Source: Eledone cirrhosa (lineage: Eukaryota). Taken from it: a stretch of 64,000 bases of DNA. Position numbers and translations under genes: made by a program. Under the pieces are notes generated by a model. It was not told the DNA's origin. It worked only from the letters and a program-made list of their open reading frames with translations, and did no database searches. The first letter of the stretch is position 1. Each line of letters begins with the position of its first letter. The stretch is taken from assembly GCA_964016885.1 (NCBI GenBank), contig OZ024760.1:9858001-9922000 (forward strand). The letters run 5' to 3'. This document shows positions 12,584 through 26,084 of this stretch, piece by piece.

Positions 12584-13529
12584 ACGAGGTCCGACTTTTT
12601 CAACCGCTGCCTGCACATGTTTAAATGCATCCTCCATAATTGGAAGAACACAGAATATGATTTAGATAGCTCCAAACCACAACCTAGCACTCCAAGTTTA
12701 TCCACGCCCCTCACTATAAAACTCCCTTCTATAATATCTTTCTAACACCAAATCTCCAAAAGGAGCACCCTCCAGCATTACGACTCTAACCTCGCAACAT
12801 TTTAGATAAACAACCGAATATAACTTTCGAGCACTCATAATCGATTTTCCAGTCACAAGTATGAAAAAGTTCCTTCTATTTTGCACAAGTGTACGCATGA
12901 GTTATTCCCCTATCTAACTGACGATAGATTACCCCAAGTTATCTCCCCTTCCATAAGAACTATCTATTAGAACTTTAATTAATGTCGAATTCACGAGCTA
13001 ATAATAGTTGAAAGTTGTGAATTTAACCTGTATATATATATATATATATTATATACGTATACACACGTGTGTGTGTGTGCGTGGTGTGTGTATGTGTATG
13101 CACACAGTTACGTAAGACGAACGCACAATTGCATCTTTATCTCGTCAGCCACCTTTCTGGCGTGCAATTTCGCACATTAAGGTGGTATTGCACTTGTGGT
13201 GCCTGTTTGCGCAACAGAGTGGAGAAGCACTCTATTTGTAAGATGCACGTGAGACGATAACAAGACATAGAATAGAAAGGAAAATATACGACTTTCGACC
13301 TAAACTGAGACAAATACACAAACAATTACGACTAGAAATAAATAGACAACAGACTTGGCATTCCAACACCACCACCACCACCAATAACAACAGCAACAAC
13401 AACAACACCAGCACCATCACCACCACCCACCAACATCGCCACCACCACATGTGCAGAAATATATACAAGAAATATATACAAATATATTAATATAATATAC
13501 ATATAAATACATACAAACAAACATATATA

Positions 13530-13578
<49 letters not shown>

Positions 13579-13714
13579 CTGTGCAAGTGGTGGTGGTGGA
13601 TAATAGTAATGGTGATGATTATGGTGATGATGATGTTGTGTGATTTCTTTATTTGGTTTGCTTCTTTTCTTTTGTTGTTTTTAATAATTGCTGCATTTTT
13701 TCATCTTTAAAGAT

Positions 13715-13790
13715 TGATCCAAGATGGCGGAGAGAATCCGTTTAGTTTTTGTCATTTCCGGTGTTTAGACCTGTCACGTGAGTGAGATGT
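13715..13790. promoter_or_regulatory. Promoter-like motif cluster (YY1-like, ETS-like, E-box)
   Basis: CAAGATGGCGG 13720-13730, ATTTCCGGT 13754-13762 and GTCACGTGAG 13773-13782 within 65 bp of unique sequence. Confidence 0.4.
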
Positions 13791-13989
13791 TTGTTTATAC
13801 ATTGCAAGGCCATCGAGTTCATGGCTGTATGTAATGAGAGAGAAGGGGTGGGAAACAGAGGGAGAGTGAGGAAGAGAGAGGGGGAAGAGAGAGTTATATA
13901 GAAAAGAGTGATGTATTAGAGATCTAGGGTAAATGAAAGGGCAGGGTGATAGAGAGAGTGTAAGTAGATAGATAGATAGATAGAGAGAT

Positions 13990-14055
13990 AGATAAATTTC
14001 TTTATTAGCCACAGGGGCACAAAAGAAGGGGACAAATACAAAGGGGGAAGTTTAC
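13990..14055 (-). mobile_element. 3' end of a non-LTR retroelement (AATAAA plus (TATC)n tail); second copy at 32393-32460 (+)
   Basis: Both copies share CTTTGTATTTGTCCCCTTCTTTTGTGCCCCTGTGGCTAATAAAGAAA followed by TATC repeats. Confidence 0.55.
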
Positions 14056-14294
14056 ATACAATAAAAACGTGTAAAATGTTATCACAAATGCAATTTAAAA
14101 AATTAGTCGACAGATAGATAGATAGATAGATAGAAAGATAGAAAGATAGAAAGATAGAGAGATAGATTAGCTGTTTGTAATAACAGCCATGGTGGAAACA
14201 CATCTTTTCGGTGTTTTTCCACAATATGACGACATTTTCAACTGTTGGAATGACAGAACTTCTATTTCTAAGACTTCCCTGACTTGTTATTGTG

Positions 14295-15320
14295 TTGATA
14301 GTGGTGGTGGTGGTGGTGTGGTGATGGTGGTGGTGTGGTGGTGGTGGTGTGGTGTGGTGTGGTGTGGTGGTGGTGTGGTGTGGTGGTGGTGGTGGTGGTG
14401 GTGGTGTGGTGGTGGTGGTGGTGGTGTGGTGATGGTGGTGGTGATGGTGGTGGTGGTGTGGTGATGGTGGTGGTGGTGTGGTGATGGTGGTGGTGGTGGT
14501 GGTGGTGTGGTGTGGTGGTGGTCGTGGTGGTGTGGTGATGGTGGTGGTGGTGGTGATTGTGGTGGCGGTGGTGGTGTGGTGATGGTGGTTGTGGTGGTGG
14601 TGGTGGTGGTGGTGGTGTGGTGATGGTGGTGGTGGTGGTGGTGATGGTGGTGGTGGCGGTGGTGGTGGTGGTGGTGCTGTTGCTGCTGGTGGTGGTTTAG
14701 TAGTGGTAGTGGTGGTGGTGGTGTAGTAGTAGTAATGGTGGTGGTGGTGGTGGTGAGGTAGTGGTGGTGGTGGTGGCGTATCATCAAAAACGATCGCATG
14801 AGTAATTCCCACACACACACAGATATGCACACTCATAATTACACACGCACACAAACATAAACACACACATATACACACACGCTCACACACACAAACACAG
14901 ACAGACACACACACATGCGCACACACATTCATACACTCATTCACACACACACATACACACACATAGATAAACATACATAAACACACACACACATAAACAC
15001 ACACATACACACATTCACACACAGATACACACACACATACACACACATTCACATAAACACACACATACACGCACACATACACACATATATAAACATACAT
15101 AAACACACACACATATAAACACACACATAAACTCACACAGATACACGGACACACATACATACATAAACAGACACACACAAACACACACATATAAAGACAG
15201 ACACACACATATACATACATAAATAGACACACACACACACAAAGACACACAGACACACATACACTTACTCACACATTTACACAGACACACGCACACACTC
15301 AAACACACATACACTCACAC
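14295..15320. repeat. (GGT)n/(GTGTG)n tract followed by a degenerate (CA)n tract
   Basis: Read directly. Confidence 0.95.
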
Positions 15321-15501
15321 AGCTACGTACATACACAGTCGGCTGTGAACTACAATGGCGATAAACCTGTATCAATAGGTTTTAATGAATATTTCGAACA
15401 CAAAGGCCCCTTATCACGGACAACAATACAAGAAGTAAGTGGCTACCAAATATACATACCAAGTTCAAACTGACCTACGAAAGATTGGGTCAAGGGTCAC
15501 T

Positions 15502-15600
<99 letters not shown>

Positions 15601-15642
15601 ATATATATATATATGTGTATATATATATGTGTATATATATAT

Positions 15643-15688
<46 letters not shown>

Positions 15689-15934
15689 TTTAGATCTGGT
15701 TTAAACCGCTTGATGGAGGTGCTCCCCCCCCCCCTGCTCCACCTATTCTTATTTTACCAATATTTCTTTCAGCAGCCCTGACCTCAACTTACACTTACAC
15801 TGACCTCAACTTACACTTATCTCTTAAAGTTCTTTCTTCACCAAGTATTTTTAACTGGCAGCACCTTCCTATTTTAGAAGTCTTATGAATAATATCGTGT
15901 TATGAATGAACACTAATACAATATCGATCTGGTG

Positions 15935-16240
15935 AAGGTGCGTGGCCTAATGATTAGGGTATTCAGCACAGGATCTTAAGGTCATAGATTCTACCCCCGG
16001 CAATAAGTTGTGCCCTTGAGCAAGATACTCTATTTCACACTGCTCCAGTCCACTCAACTGACAAGAAATGAGGTATATTTGTTATTCAAAGGGGCCAGCT
16101 TTGTTATACACAGTGTCACCCTGAATCCTTATTAGAAATACGTTAAAGATAATCACATCTATGGAATGTTCAGCCACTTGTAGGCTGCTGTGTTGTTTGA
16201 ACAACTGGAACGCATCGTCGAAAGCGACGGAGATTACCAA
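15935..16240 (+). mobile_element. tRNA-derived SINE, family B (diverged)
   Basis: tRNA-like head GTGGCCTAATGATTAGGG followed by the conserved TGTGCCCTTGAGCAAGATACT...CTCCAGTCCACTCA core. Confidence 0.7.
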
Positions 16241-16361
16241 GGGGGGGGGGGGGGGGGGTTGTACGTACATTAATATTTAATGGTGTACCTCTGTACTGAG
16301 ACAGCTTCAATAGTTCTGTACATTGTCACACTAAACAGCATGGATTAATATGTTATACTCT

Positions 16362-16880
16362 GTTAACTAACCAGCTAGTTATACGCCATTAACTAACCAG
16401 CCAGTTATACTCCATTAACTAACCAGCTAGTTATAATCCATTAATTAACCAGCTAGTTATTATGATTTAATTAACCAGCTAATTATAGTCCATCAATTAA
16501 CTAGTTAGTTATACTCTATTAATTAACCAGTTAGTTATAATCCATTAACTAACTAGATAGTTATGATTTAATTAACCAGCTAGTTATAATCCATCAATTA
16601 ACTAGTTAGTTATACTCCATTAATTAACCAGCTAGTTATTATGATTTAATTAACCAGCTAGTTATAATCCATTAACTAACCAGCTAGTTATACTCCATTA
16701 ATTAACCAGCTAGTTATGATTTAATTAACCAGCTAGTTATAATCCATTAATTAACCAGCTAGTTATAATCCATTAACTAACTAGCTAGTTATTATGATTT
16801 AATTAACCAGCTAGTTATAATCCATTAATTAACCAGCTAGTTATTATGATTTAATTAACTAGCTAGTTATAATCCAGCTA
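16362..16880. repeat. AT-rich minisatellite, about 26-29-bp variants of TTAACCAGCTAGTTATAATCCATTAA
   Basis: Read directly. Confidence 0.9.
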
Positions 16881-17196
16881 AGTGGTTTGATTTGAAGGCC
16901 AGGATCCCATCGCATTTTAAATATATATTGTATATAATACAATATAGTTATGTAATAAACAACATAAGGCAATTATTCCATTTACCAGTGGTTTCTTAAA
17001 AACATTCCGACGGAATTACTTCATTTATATTACAATATACATTAAAATATAGCTATGAAACGCAATCGTTCGTCAAAATTTGAAATATAATTGTTTTAAG
17101 AGTGAGGATGGATCGGGGCTGGAATCTCCACACCAATCTCTATATGTAGGGCTACATTCATGTACTTTAAATTTTCATTAAGTTTCTTGTGAACTG

Positions 17197-17309
17197 AATT
17201 CAAATCCCGCCGAGGTTCACTTTGCCTTTCATCTTTACACGGTCGATAAATTAAAGTACCAGTAATGCACTGGATAATTGCTGGCCTTGTGCCTAAAGTA
17301 GAAACAATT
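17197..17309 (+). mobile_element. SINE family A, 5'-truncated
   Basis: Matches the body and 3' end of 132-320; flanked by a direct repeat ATTAAGTTTCTTGTGAAC (about 17177 and 17307), consistent with a target-site duplication. Confidence 0.8.
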
Positions 17310-17920
17310 AAGTTTCTTGTGAACAGCTGTTGAGGACCCACAAAATGTTCTCTAACCCAGGGTCCCTAGTTTTTTTAAACCTATCTCACAAGTCTTTTTT
17401 GGCTAAATAATTGGTACTTTTTATACTTTGTACTTTTTTTTATAAACTAATACCAAGATTATTATTTCTAAGTCTAGTACAAAAGTGGTTCTTGTCTAAA
17501 TTTAATGTTGAGAAAATCTACTTGCATAAGTAAGTGGCAGAGAATGAATGATGATGCCTCTTCAACACCTATCTGGTATTTATAGTATTACAAGATATAC
17601 AAAAATGAATAAACTTCGAAAACCTAGATAATAAAGTATCAACGCATTTTAAACGAATTAACGCGAGTTGCAAGGAACCAGGAACTATTGGCATTAGAAC
17701 CAGCACCTTGGTGACAAACCTAAATTTTGACACTTTTTGCTTTGACCACACTAGGAGAATTACTAAGCCTGCATTTTTCACTACACAGTCTACCCTCACC
17801 TACACCAAATTATATGACAGGCCAAAATAACATACAGCGCTCTCAACTCAACCACTTTGAATATCTCCACTAGTTGGCTGCGTGACAAAGTTATTTAGTG
17901 ATGTATTTGTTATGAGATAT

Positions 17921-18281
17921 TTAACCCTTTAGCATTTAAACCGGCCATATTCAACCAGAGTTCTTGCACCTCTTTCTGTTCAAACCGGCCATAACTTGCT
18001 ACTCATACATATGTTGAAATATTGTTCTCAAAATAAAATTATCAAAATACCATAGATTCAATATTATGTGAGATAATTATGTGAAAATACAATAGTAACT
18101 AATTCAGCCAGAGTTCTCGCACCTCTTTCTGTTCAAACCGGCCATAACTTTCTACTCATACTTATGTTGAAGTATTGTTCTCAAAATAAAATTATCAAAA
18201 TACCATAGATTCAATATTATGTGAGATAATTATGGAAAAAACAACAGTAACTATAGTGTAATGTAAATGCTAAAGGGTTAA
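17921..18281. mobile_element. TTAA-flanked MITE (piggyBac-like termini) with an internal ~150-bp tandem duplication
   Basis: TTAA-CCCTTTAGCATTTA ... TAAATGCTAAAGGG-TTAA terminal inverted repeats. Confidence 0.75.
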
Positions 18282-18347
18282 GTTAATCATAAAAAAATGT
18301 ATAAAACTGAGATCCTTGAAGATTCAATAAAACTAGCCACGGTCGTT

Positions 18348-18702
18348 TGTGAAGTCACATGGCCTAATGGTTAGGTGTGTTGGACTTACGATCATAACGT
18401 CATCGGTTCGATTCCTGGACAGCCTGATACGTTGTGTTCTTGAGCAAAACATTTTATTTCACATTGTTCCAGTACACCCAGCTGTGAGTACCAGCTGTAG
18501 TAGTTGGGGAGTTAATTCTTCGACAGACCGGCGTCCTTCCAGTACACCGAGCTGTGAGTACCAGCTGTAGTAGCTGGGGAGTTAATTCTTCGACAGACCG
18601 GCGTCCTGTCCAGGGAGAGTTTTGTACTCACAGTTACTTAACGGCAAGGGAACCAGAGATAAGTTCCAGCCTGATGAGCCTTCGGCTTAGAACATACTTT
18701 AA
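18348..18702 (+). mobile_element. SINE family B copy with a ~59-bp internal duplication
   Basis: TGGCCTAATGGTTAGG head, GGTTCGATTCC B-box and TGTGTTCTTGAGCAAAAC core. Confidence 0.75.
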
Positions 18703-18990
18703 CTAACTAACCCCGATTATGTACGTCTAGTGCATAAGTGGTTCTTGGCTAAATTTAATGTGGATCAGATGTGTTTACATAAGTGCTAGAAAACTGATGT
18801 AATTTTTCAATATCTATCTAGGATTTATAGCATTCCGAGGTTGATAAAAATAGATAAACTTTGAAAAGCTGGATATTAAAGTATTATCCAATTGTAAAGG
18901 AATTAAGATGGGTTGCAAGGAATGAGGGACGTCTGGCATTACATCAAAATGTGTTTTGTATCTTCGTAGTTACAAAGCAAGCAGCAAATT

Positions 18991-19160
18991 GGCGGCAAAT
19001 TGGCAGAAAAGTTAGAACATGAGATAGAATGTTTTGCGGTATTTTTTCCTGCTTTCTGATCTGTTGAGTTCGAATTCCGCAGAGGTCCATTTTGCCTTTC
19101 ATCCTTTCGAGGTTGATAAAAAAAAAAAGTACCAGTCCAGTACTAGGGTTGACTCTTCCT
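18991..19160 (+). mobile_element. SINE family A variant
   Basis: GGCGGCAAATTGGCAG head and GAGTTCGAATTCCGCAGAGGTCCATTTTGCCTTTCATCC body. Confidence 0.75.
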
Positions 19161-20113
19161 CTATATCTCTTTCTCACCCCATGTCTCTATCACACCCTCT
19201 CTTTCTCACCTCACGTCTCTATCACACCCTCTCTTTCTCACCTCACGTCTCTATCACACCCTCTCTTTTTCACCTCATGTCTCTATCACACACACACACT
19301 CTCTCTCTCTCTCTTTAGAAGAAATCGCCTGTGTTAAGGCCTGGAGAGGAGATGGGCTCCACAAGGTTTAAAATATCCAAGACTGGCTGTATATTACTAT
19401 GGCACCGCTACGACTCCACTAAGTATTGATGCGTCCATACAGTTACAAAGCTGTAAATCTTGCAACATCTTCTGACATTGAAGTAATCTGGGGGGCGCTG
19501 CTCCTCCATCGATTTTAGTGTCTATTCTTTCGGTGTTGGAAAATGTAGCAAGCAGGATATCATTTTTCAGGTGAGTCATTTGGGACGTGACGTGAAGCGA
19601 CTCCTTCTCCACCTCCAGCCTTGTCGTTTTTCGGCCACAAACCGAGGGCTCCGCCGCTGCCCGCAATGTGGAGAAGGGGAAGATAGTAAAATACTGAGGG
19701 TTGACCGACCGCTTCCTCTTTGCTCCGCCGGTCCCCGTCGAAATCTCTGGTGTCCTTCGTACCCGCACTGCTGATTTCCTTTGCAAAGTCAGAAAGCTTG
19801 AGGAGGAAGCCCTGTGGGGTGGGGTGGAGGTTGCAGCGGGTGTCTCTCCCCCTTCTCCCTTTCTTTCCCTACATGATCCTTTTTTTTTCTCCTTTCCAAG
19901 AAGAAAGGGCTACAATTCTTGAAGTAATATTTGTTTTATTTTTTTTATATAATCTGGTTCGTAAAAAAAACATACAAAACAAAGAAAGACATTTAATACG
20001 GCAAAACCCAAATAAAATAAAATAAAAATAAAATAAAACAATTAGAGAATCATAGAATAATTGCAGCATTGATTCAGAGATCCTAACTAAAGGGAGTCAA
20101 TATATATACATAT

Positions 20114-20146
<33 letters not shown>

Positions 20147-20149
<3 letters not shown>

Positions 20150-20763
20150 GGTGGCTGCCAACTCGTTTTCGAGTACGGCCACTACTTTATATCCATGTAG
20201 GAGAACCCCTACCGATGCGCTGAACGAGTGTGACTTTCTAGTCCAGCCAGCGACTTGAAAACTCTGGTACAAACACTGCACCTGTGACAATTATTGTCAC
20301 ATAGTGCTGGGCCCATGGTAGCATGTGACGACAAGTGTGGAGAGATCTCCAGATATAAAGCAATGCCTGTGCCGTGAAGCTTTTATAGTGAGCAAAGGCA
20401 CTGCACAAAGCCAGTCCCACTCTCTTGACCAAGATGATATTTACCAACAAGAAGAACAAGTCAACATCATTGGATACCATCAGGGTTTCAGGTGTTATAT
20501 CAGAGTTTTCCTTCTCCTAGAATTCTGCCTTGACAAAGGCAGAGGCTAAGGGGTCATCTCTCCCGGTGATTTTGGATGGCCATTGACTCTTAAGAGCTCC
20601 TTTGCACTTTGACAGATTTTGTTTTTAGTCCTGCAGGATGTCCAAAGTCACCCTCCTCACCAAGAAACCTTGGTGGGGTTGCCAGTTTAGTCGCCAACGA
20701 CCCGACCATTGGACAGGTTGTACTGGGATACATGTTACCAGTAGCACCAACTGGTGACCTGAC

Positions 20764-20764
<1 letters not shown>
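20147..20764 (-). mobile_element. Bipartite RTE-derived retroposon, full length (~620 bp)
   Basis: Near-identical to 11472-11884 plus about 200 bp more 5' sequence; flanked by (TA)n. Confidence 0.8.
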
Positions 20765-20843
<79 letters not shown>

Positions 20844-20897
20844 ATATATATATATACCTAATATATATATAAAAATATATACATAATATATATATAA

Positions 20898-20947
<50 letters not shown>

Positions 20948-21119
20948 ATAATAATAAATGTGAAGACTAAAATCCAAAGAGGGCTCTTTTCCTGGAGTTT
21001 TTAATATTATTCAAAATGTTAATGAAGGAAAATTATTCTCATAATCAAAATATATATTTTATTATACATATTTCAATACTGAATCAAATCCGTAGCGGTA
21101 TGCCACATATCAAATCATA

Positions 21120-21182
21120 TATTTTGTCTGATGAAAACATACTTAAACACCATTGTACCTTTGAAATATGTATAATAAAATA
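21120..21182 (+). ncRNA. Minimal type I hammerhead motif (C-C subtype, partly decayed) inside an inverted-repeat element 21003-21232
   Basis: TATTTTGT-CTGATGA-AAAC ATAC...GTAC CTTT-GAAA-TATGTA-TA-ATAAAATA. Confidence 0.6.
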
Positions 21183-21232
21183 TATATTTTGACTATGAGA
21201 ATATTTTCCGTTTATTAACATTTTGAATAATA

Positions 21233-21310
<78 letters not shown>

Positions 21311-21666
21311 CAGTGAAACCTCTAAGCTATCAATGTAGTCCTCTCTCATCCTGACACGATCCATGGTTCCTATTTATTACTAGAAATATGTTAAACATTC
21401 GTTCACTCCATTTCCTAAATTTTTCAAACATCTCTCCCTCTCTCTCACCTCTCTTCCCCTCTTTTCCTCTCTCTTACTCTCTCTCACCTCTCTTCCTCTC
21501 TCGCCTCTCTCACTTCTCTTACTCTCTCTCCCTCTCTCTTCCCCTCTTACTCTGTCTTCCTCTCTTACTCTCTCTTCTTCTCTCGCCTCCCTCTCTTTCT
21601 TCCCGCTATTTTTTCTCAGCTGCATCTAAGCCCAGTGTAACACTTTTGATAAGATAGCCAGATTTT

Positions 21667-21705
<39 letters not shown>

Positions 21706-21954
21706 TACATATATATATATATATAGAGAGAGAGACATATATATATATATATATAGAGAGAGAGACATATATATATATATAGGAAAAGAATCAGGACCCC
21801 GACGGCTGAGCTCCGTCCTTTCCGACAGCTAGATCCGAATCTGTTTTCGCTTCTGTATCTTTTATATCTCCACAGTTAATTCATTTGGCCATCAATGTTT
21901 ATCATTGACTGACCAACGGTCAAAAATACAGATATAAATACATATATGTAGTCT

Positions 21955-21996
21955 AACAAAGTTCTTTCGTTGCACATCTGCAACATCATCAGTGGT
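21955..21996 (-). ncRNA. Minimal type I hammerhead motif
   Basis: Minus strand: ACCA-CTGATGA-T-GTTGCA gatg TGCAAC-GAAA-GAAC-TT-TGTT. Confidence 0.65.
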
Positions 21997-22243
21997 ACTA
22001 TTATGTTTCCGCCTGTTGTATTTTATGTCTACGCCATTTTTATTTTATCTGTTTATTTATTTATTTATTTTTGTCTTCTTCTCTGCGCATGCGTTTGCGT
22101 GTGTGTATAGTGTTTGGTGTGTGTGTTCGCGTTTGGGTGACTGTGTTTCGGTTATTGTATTCTATCTTAGTTTACTAGTGTGTGTTTATATGTGTTTGTT
22201 GTTATTGTGCTTGTGTATATATTTATTTATATATATAAACTTT

Positions 22244-22283
<40 letters not shown>

Positions 22284-22490
22284 AAAGTTTAATTTTAAAT
22301 TGTTGGGATACAACAAGTAAATATTTTATAACTGATATAAAGCACTCGACAAGTTTTTGGAGTAGATATACGATATTAAATATATATATATAAAGATAGA
22401 ACGGTGGAAGGTAATATCCATAGTAGCAGAGCACTCAGTCCATGGGACGAGTTTGGTAGAAGTAGTAACGCACCGGTTAGTTCACCATAG

Positions 22491-22529
22491 CGAGAACAAA
22501 TGTTTCACCTTATGCGGATCTTCAGCTAG
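22491..22529 (-). ncRNA. Hammerhead motif with short stem II
   Basis: Minus strand: CTAG-CTGAAGA-TCC gcataa GGT-GAAA-C ATTT G-TT-CTCG. Confidence 0.5.
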
Positions 22530-22559
22530 AGGAAGAAGAAGACTTTGAATGAAACGGTC

Positions 22560-22875
22560 TGATAGAAGAAGAAGAAAAAGAAAAAGAAAAAGAAAAAGAA
22601 AAAGAAAAAGAAAAAGAAAAAGAAGAAAAAGAAGAAAAAGAAGAAGAAGAAAAAGAAAAAGAAAAAGAAGAAGAAGAAGAAGAAGAAGAAGAAGAAAAAA
22701 AAAAGAAGGAGAAGAAGGAGAAGGAGAAGGAGAAGAAGAAGGAGAAAAAAAAGGAGAAAAAGAAGGAGAAAAAGAAGGAGAAAAAGAAGGAGAAAAAGAA
22801 GGAGAAAAAGAAGGAGAAAAAGAAGAAGAAGAAGAAGAAGAAGAAGAAGAAGAAGAAGAAGAAGAAGAAGAAGAA
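22560..22875. repeat. Polypurine (GAA)n/(GAAAAA)n/(GAAGGA)n tract
   Basis: Read directly; flanked by a direct repeat GAATGAAACGGTC. Confidence 0.95.
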
Positions 22876-23464
22876 TGAAACGGTCAGATAGAGGAAGAAA
22901 GCGATCGTTGTCTACCAATTAGGAGCAGACGACAGAAGCGTTGATGACGTTCTAAAAATGGCGAGAAATTAAGAACAATTTGATTGGACACCATCAAAGA
23001 GAGTTGGCTGTATTATTTTGGACATTTAATTAGATAAAATTAGTTTACTGAGACTATTAATAGAAAATAAACATGAATGGGAATAACGGAAGACTAGGGT
23101 GGGGGGGGGGGGGGGTTTAAGGAGTAAGAGAGGTTAATAATGATGATGATGATGATGATGATGATGATGGCAATGCTGCTGCTGCTGATGATGATGATAA
23201 TAATGATGGGGATGATGTTGGTTGATGATGATGGTAATGATGATAATAATGATGGGGGTGATGTTGGTTGATGATGATGGTAATGATGATAATAATGATG
23301 GGGGTGATGTTGGTTGATGATGATGGTGATGATGATGATGATGATGGTGATGGTGATGATGATGGTATTGATAGTGATGATAATGATGGAGGAAGAGGAG
23401 GAAAACCAAGAATTACGGGGGTAGATAATATAAATTGGATAGTCTTTATAATATAACGAATGCG

Positions 23465-23521
<57 letters not shown>

Positions 23522-23598
23522 TGTAGGAAATATCAAAGTAGCCGTCGGCTATATCAATGATATTAAATAAATGGAAACTATATTTATAAAACCATATT

Positions 23599-23659
23599 TA
23601 TTTTATTATATATATTTCAAGGGTACCAAAACTTTGGTACGCTCTCATCAGATAAAATA
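23599..23659 (-). ncRNA. Minimal type I hammerhead motif (C-C subtype)
   Basis: Minus strand: TATTTTAT-CTGATGA-GAGC GTACCAAA gt TTTGGTAC CCTT-GAAA-TATATA-TA-ATAAAATA. Confidence 0.75.
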
Positions 23660-23723
23660 CAAAATTTGTTTTATAAATATTGACATACCCAGGATTAAGA
23701 TCTTAGCGGTTCAAGTTTTTCCT

Positions 23724-23790
<67 letters not shown>

Positions 23791-23794
<4 letters not shown>

Positions 23795-24098
23795 TATACA
23801 CTGAGGATGAAAAACTCAGAGCTGTATGGGAGCATCCCAAAAGTCAGCTCAAAAGTGACACAGAGGAGACTGAGGTTGGCTGGACATGCTCACCGACATC
23901 CAGAGTTGACATTGCACTCAGTGCTCCTTTGGGAGCCCCTACATGGACACACTAGAAGAGGAAGACCAAGGTTAACGTATGTTGATGCCCTAAGGACAGA
24001 CACTGGTCTGTTGGAGATGCAGGATATGGCAGCGATAATGAGGGACAGAGACCGCTGGAGAGAACTCGTCCATGGATCTCGGGAATTTTACTCGCCTT

Positions 24099-24100
<2 letters not shown>
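23791..24100 (+). mobile_element. RTE-clade LINE 3' fragment (ORF C-terminus); shorter copies at 28503-28647 (-) and 61465-61635 (-)
   Basis: RRLRLAGHAHRH...LLWEPLHG..RRGRPRLTYVD...DRDRWR is the typical RTE post-RT C-terminal region; inserted in (TA)n. Confidence 0.85.
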
Positions 24101-24140
<40 letters not shown>

Positions 24141-24315
24141 TTTAACTTTAATTATATCTCATAAAATAATACAACTGGTTTTTCCACATTATACATATTG
24201 TTAGCACCCCAAACACTTAAATTGGGTTTATATTTAAATATAACCTAATGTTTGTTGAGTGAGATGGTTACCAGTCAGAGTTTAGCTTTAAACTATCTCT
24301 GTTATTGTATTAAAT

Positions 24316-24365
<50 letters not shown>

Positions 24366-24528
24366 TTTAAATAGTTAAACAAGATTCAATGAGTATGTCA
24401 AAGAATGAGTTTTACAGTAGATTGGAAGCACTCTACGAAAAATAATTTTCCAGAGTTATTAGTATTAAAATACAAATATTTATAAAATAGATGTTCTATA
24501 AAATAGATGTTCTTGTCATGTATCATTA

Positions 24529-24583
24529 TATTTTGTCTGATGAGGACGTACAGTCGTACATCCGAAATATGTATAATAAAATG
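24529..24583 (+). ncRNA. Minimal type I hammerhead motif (C-A at the mismatch position)
   Basis: TATTTTGT-CTGATGA-GGAC GTAC agtc GTAC ATCC-GAAA-TATGTA-TA-ATAAAATG; lies between inverted repeats at about 24463-24515 and 24596-24630. Confidence 0.75.
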
Positions 24584-24643
24584 TATTTGATCAAAAGAAC
24601 ATCTATTTTATTAATATTTGTATTTTAATATATATATATGTAT

Positions 24644-25318
<675 letters not shown>

Positions 25319-25319
25319 G

Positions 25320-25383
<64 letters not shown>

Positions 25384-25401
25384 AACAGTATATATATATA
25401 C

Positions 25402-25490
<89 letters not shown>

Positions 25491-25520
25491 TGTATGTATA
25501 TATATGTATATATATGTATG

Positions 25521-25560
<40 letters not shown>

Positions 25561-25582
25561 TATAAACAGTATATATATATAC

Positions 25583-25770
25583 TGGTAGTATCGGTAGAGG
25601 GTCGGACACCATGCTTTGACGCATAGAGTTACGGCCCTTTACGGTCTGAGCTCAAATCCCGCCAAGGTTAACTTTGCCTTTCATCATTACACGGGGGGGG
25701 GTCGATAAAATAAAGTACCAGTAATGCACTGGGGGTAATTGCTGGCCTTGTGCCCAAAATAGAAACAGTT
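25583..25770 (+). mobile_element. SINE family A copy
   Basis: Matches 132-320. Confidence 0.85.
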
Positions 25771-26084
25771 ATTATATGTGTGTATATATATGATGATGAT
25801 GATGTTGGTGATGACACCAATGATGGTTGCCATGACGGCGGTAATGACGATGACGGAGATGGTGGTGGTTGTGTTAGTGGTGTGGTGTGGTGTGGTGTGG
25901 TGTGGTGGTGATGGTAAATACACGTGTCTGTGGAATGCTCAGTCACTTGCACGTTAATTTCATGAGTAGGCCGTTTCGTTAATCAAACAAGTAGAACAGA
26001 CACCGTCGAAATCGACCGAGGCTCATTTCCACTCTGCAATAACACTAATAGTTCCATTACTATTGATAGTTCTTCTTCTTCTCT

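Noticed and set aside
22526-22918. Poly-K/R/E and poly-L/F ORFs
   Set aside because: Translations of a polypurine microsatellite
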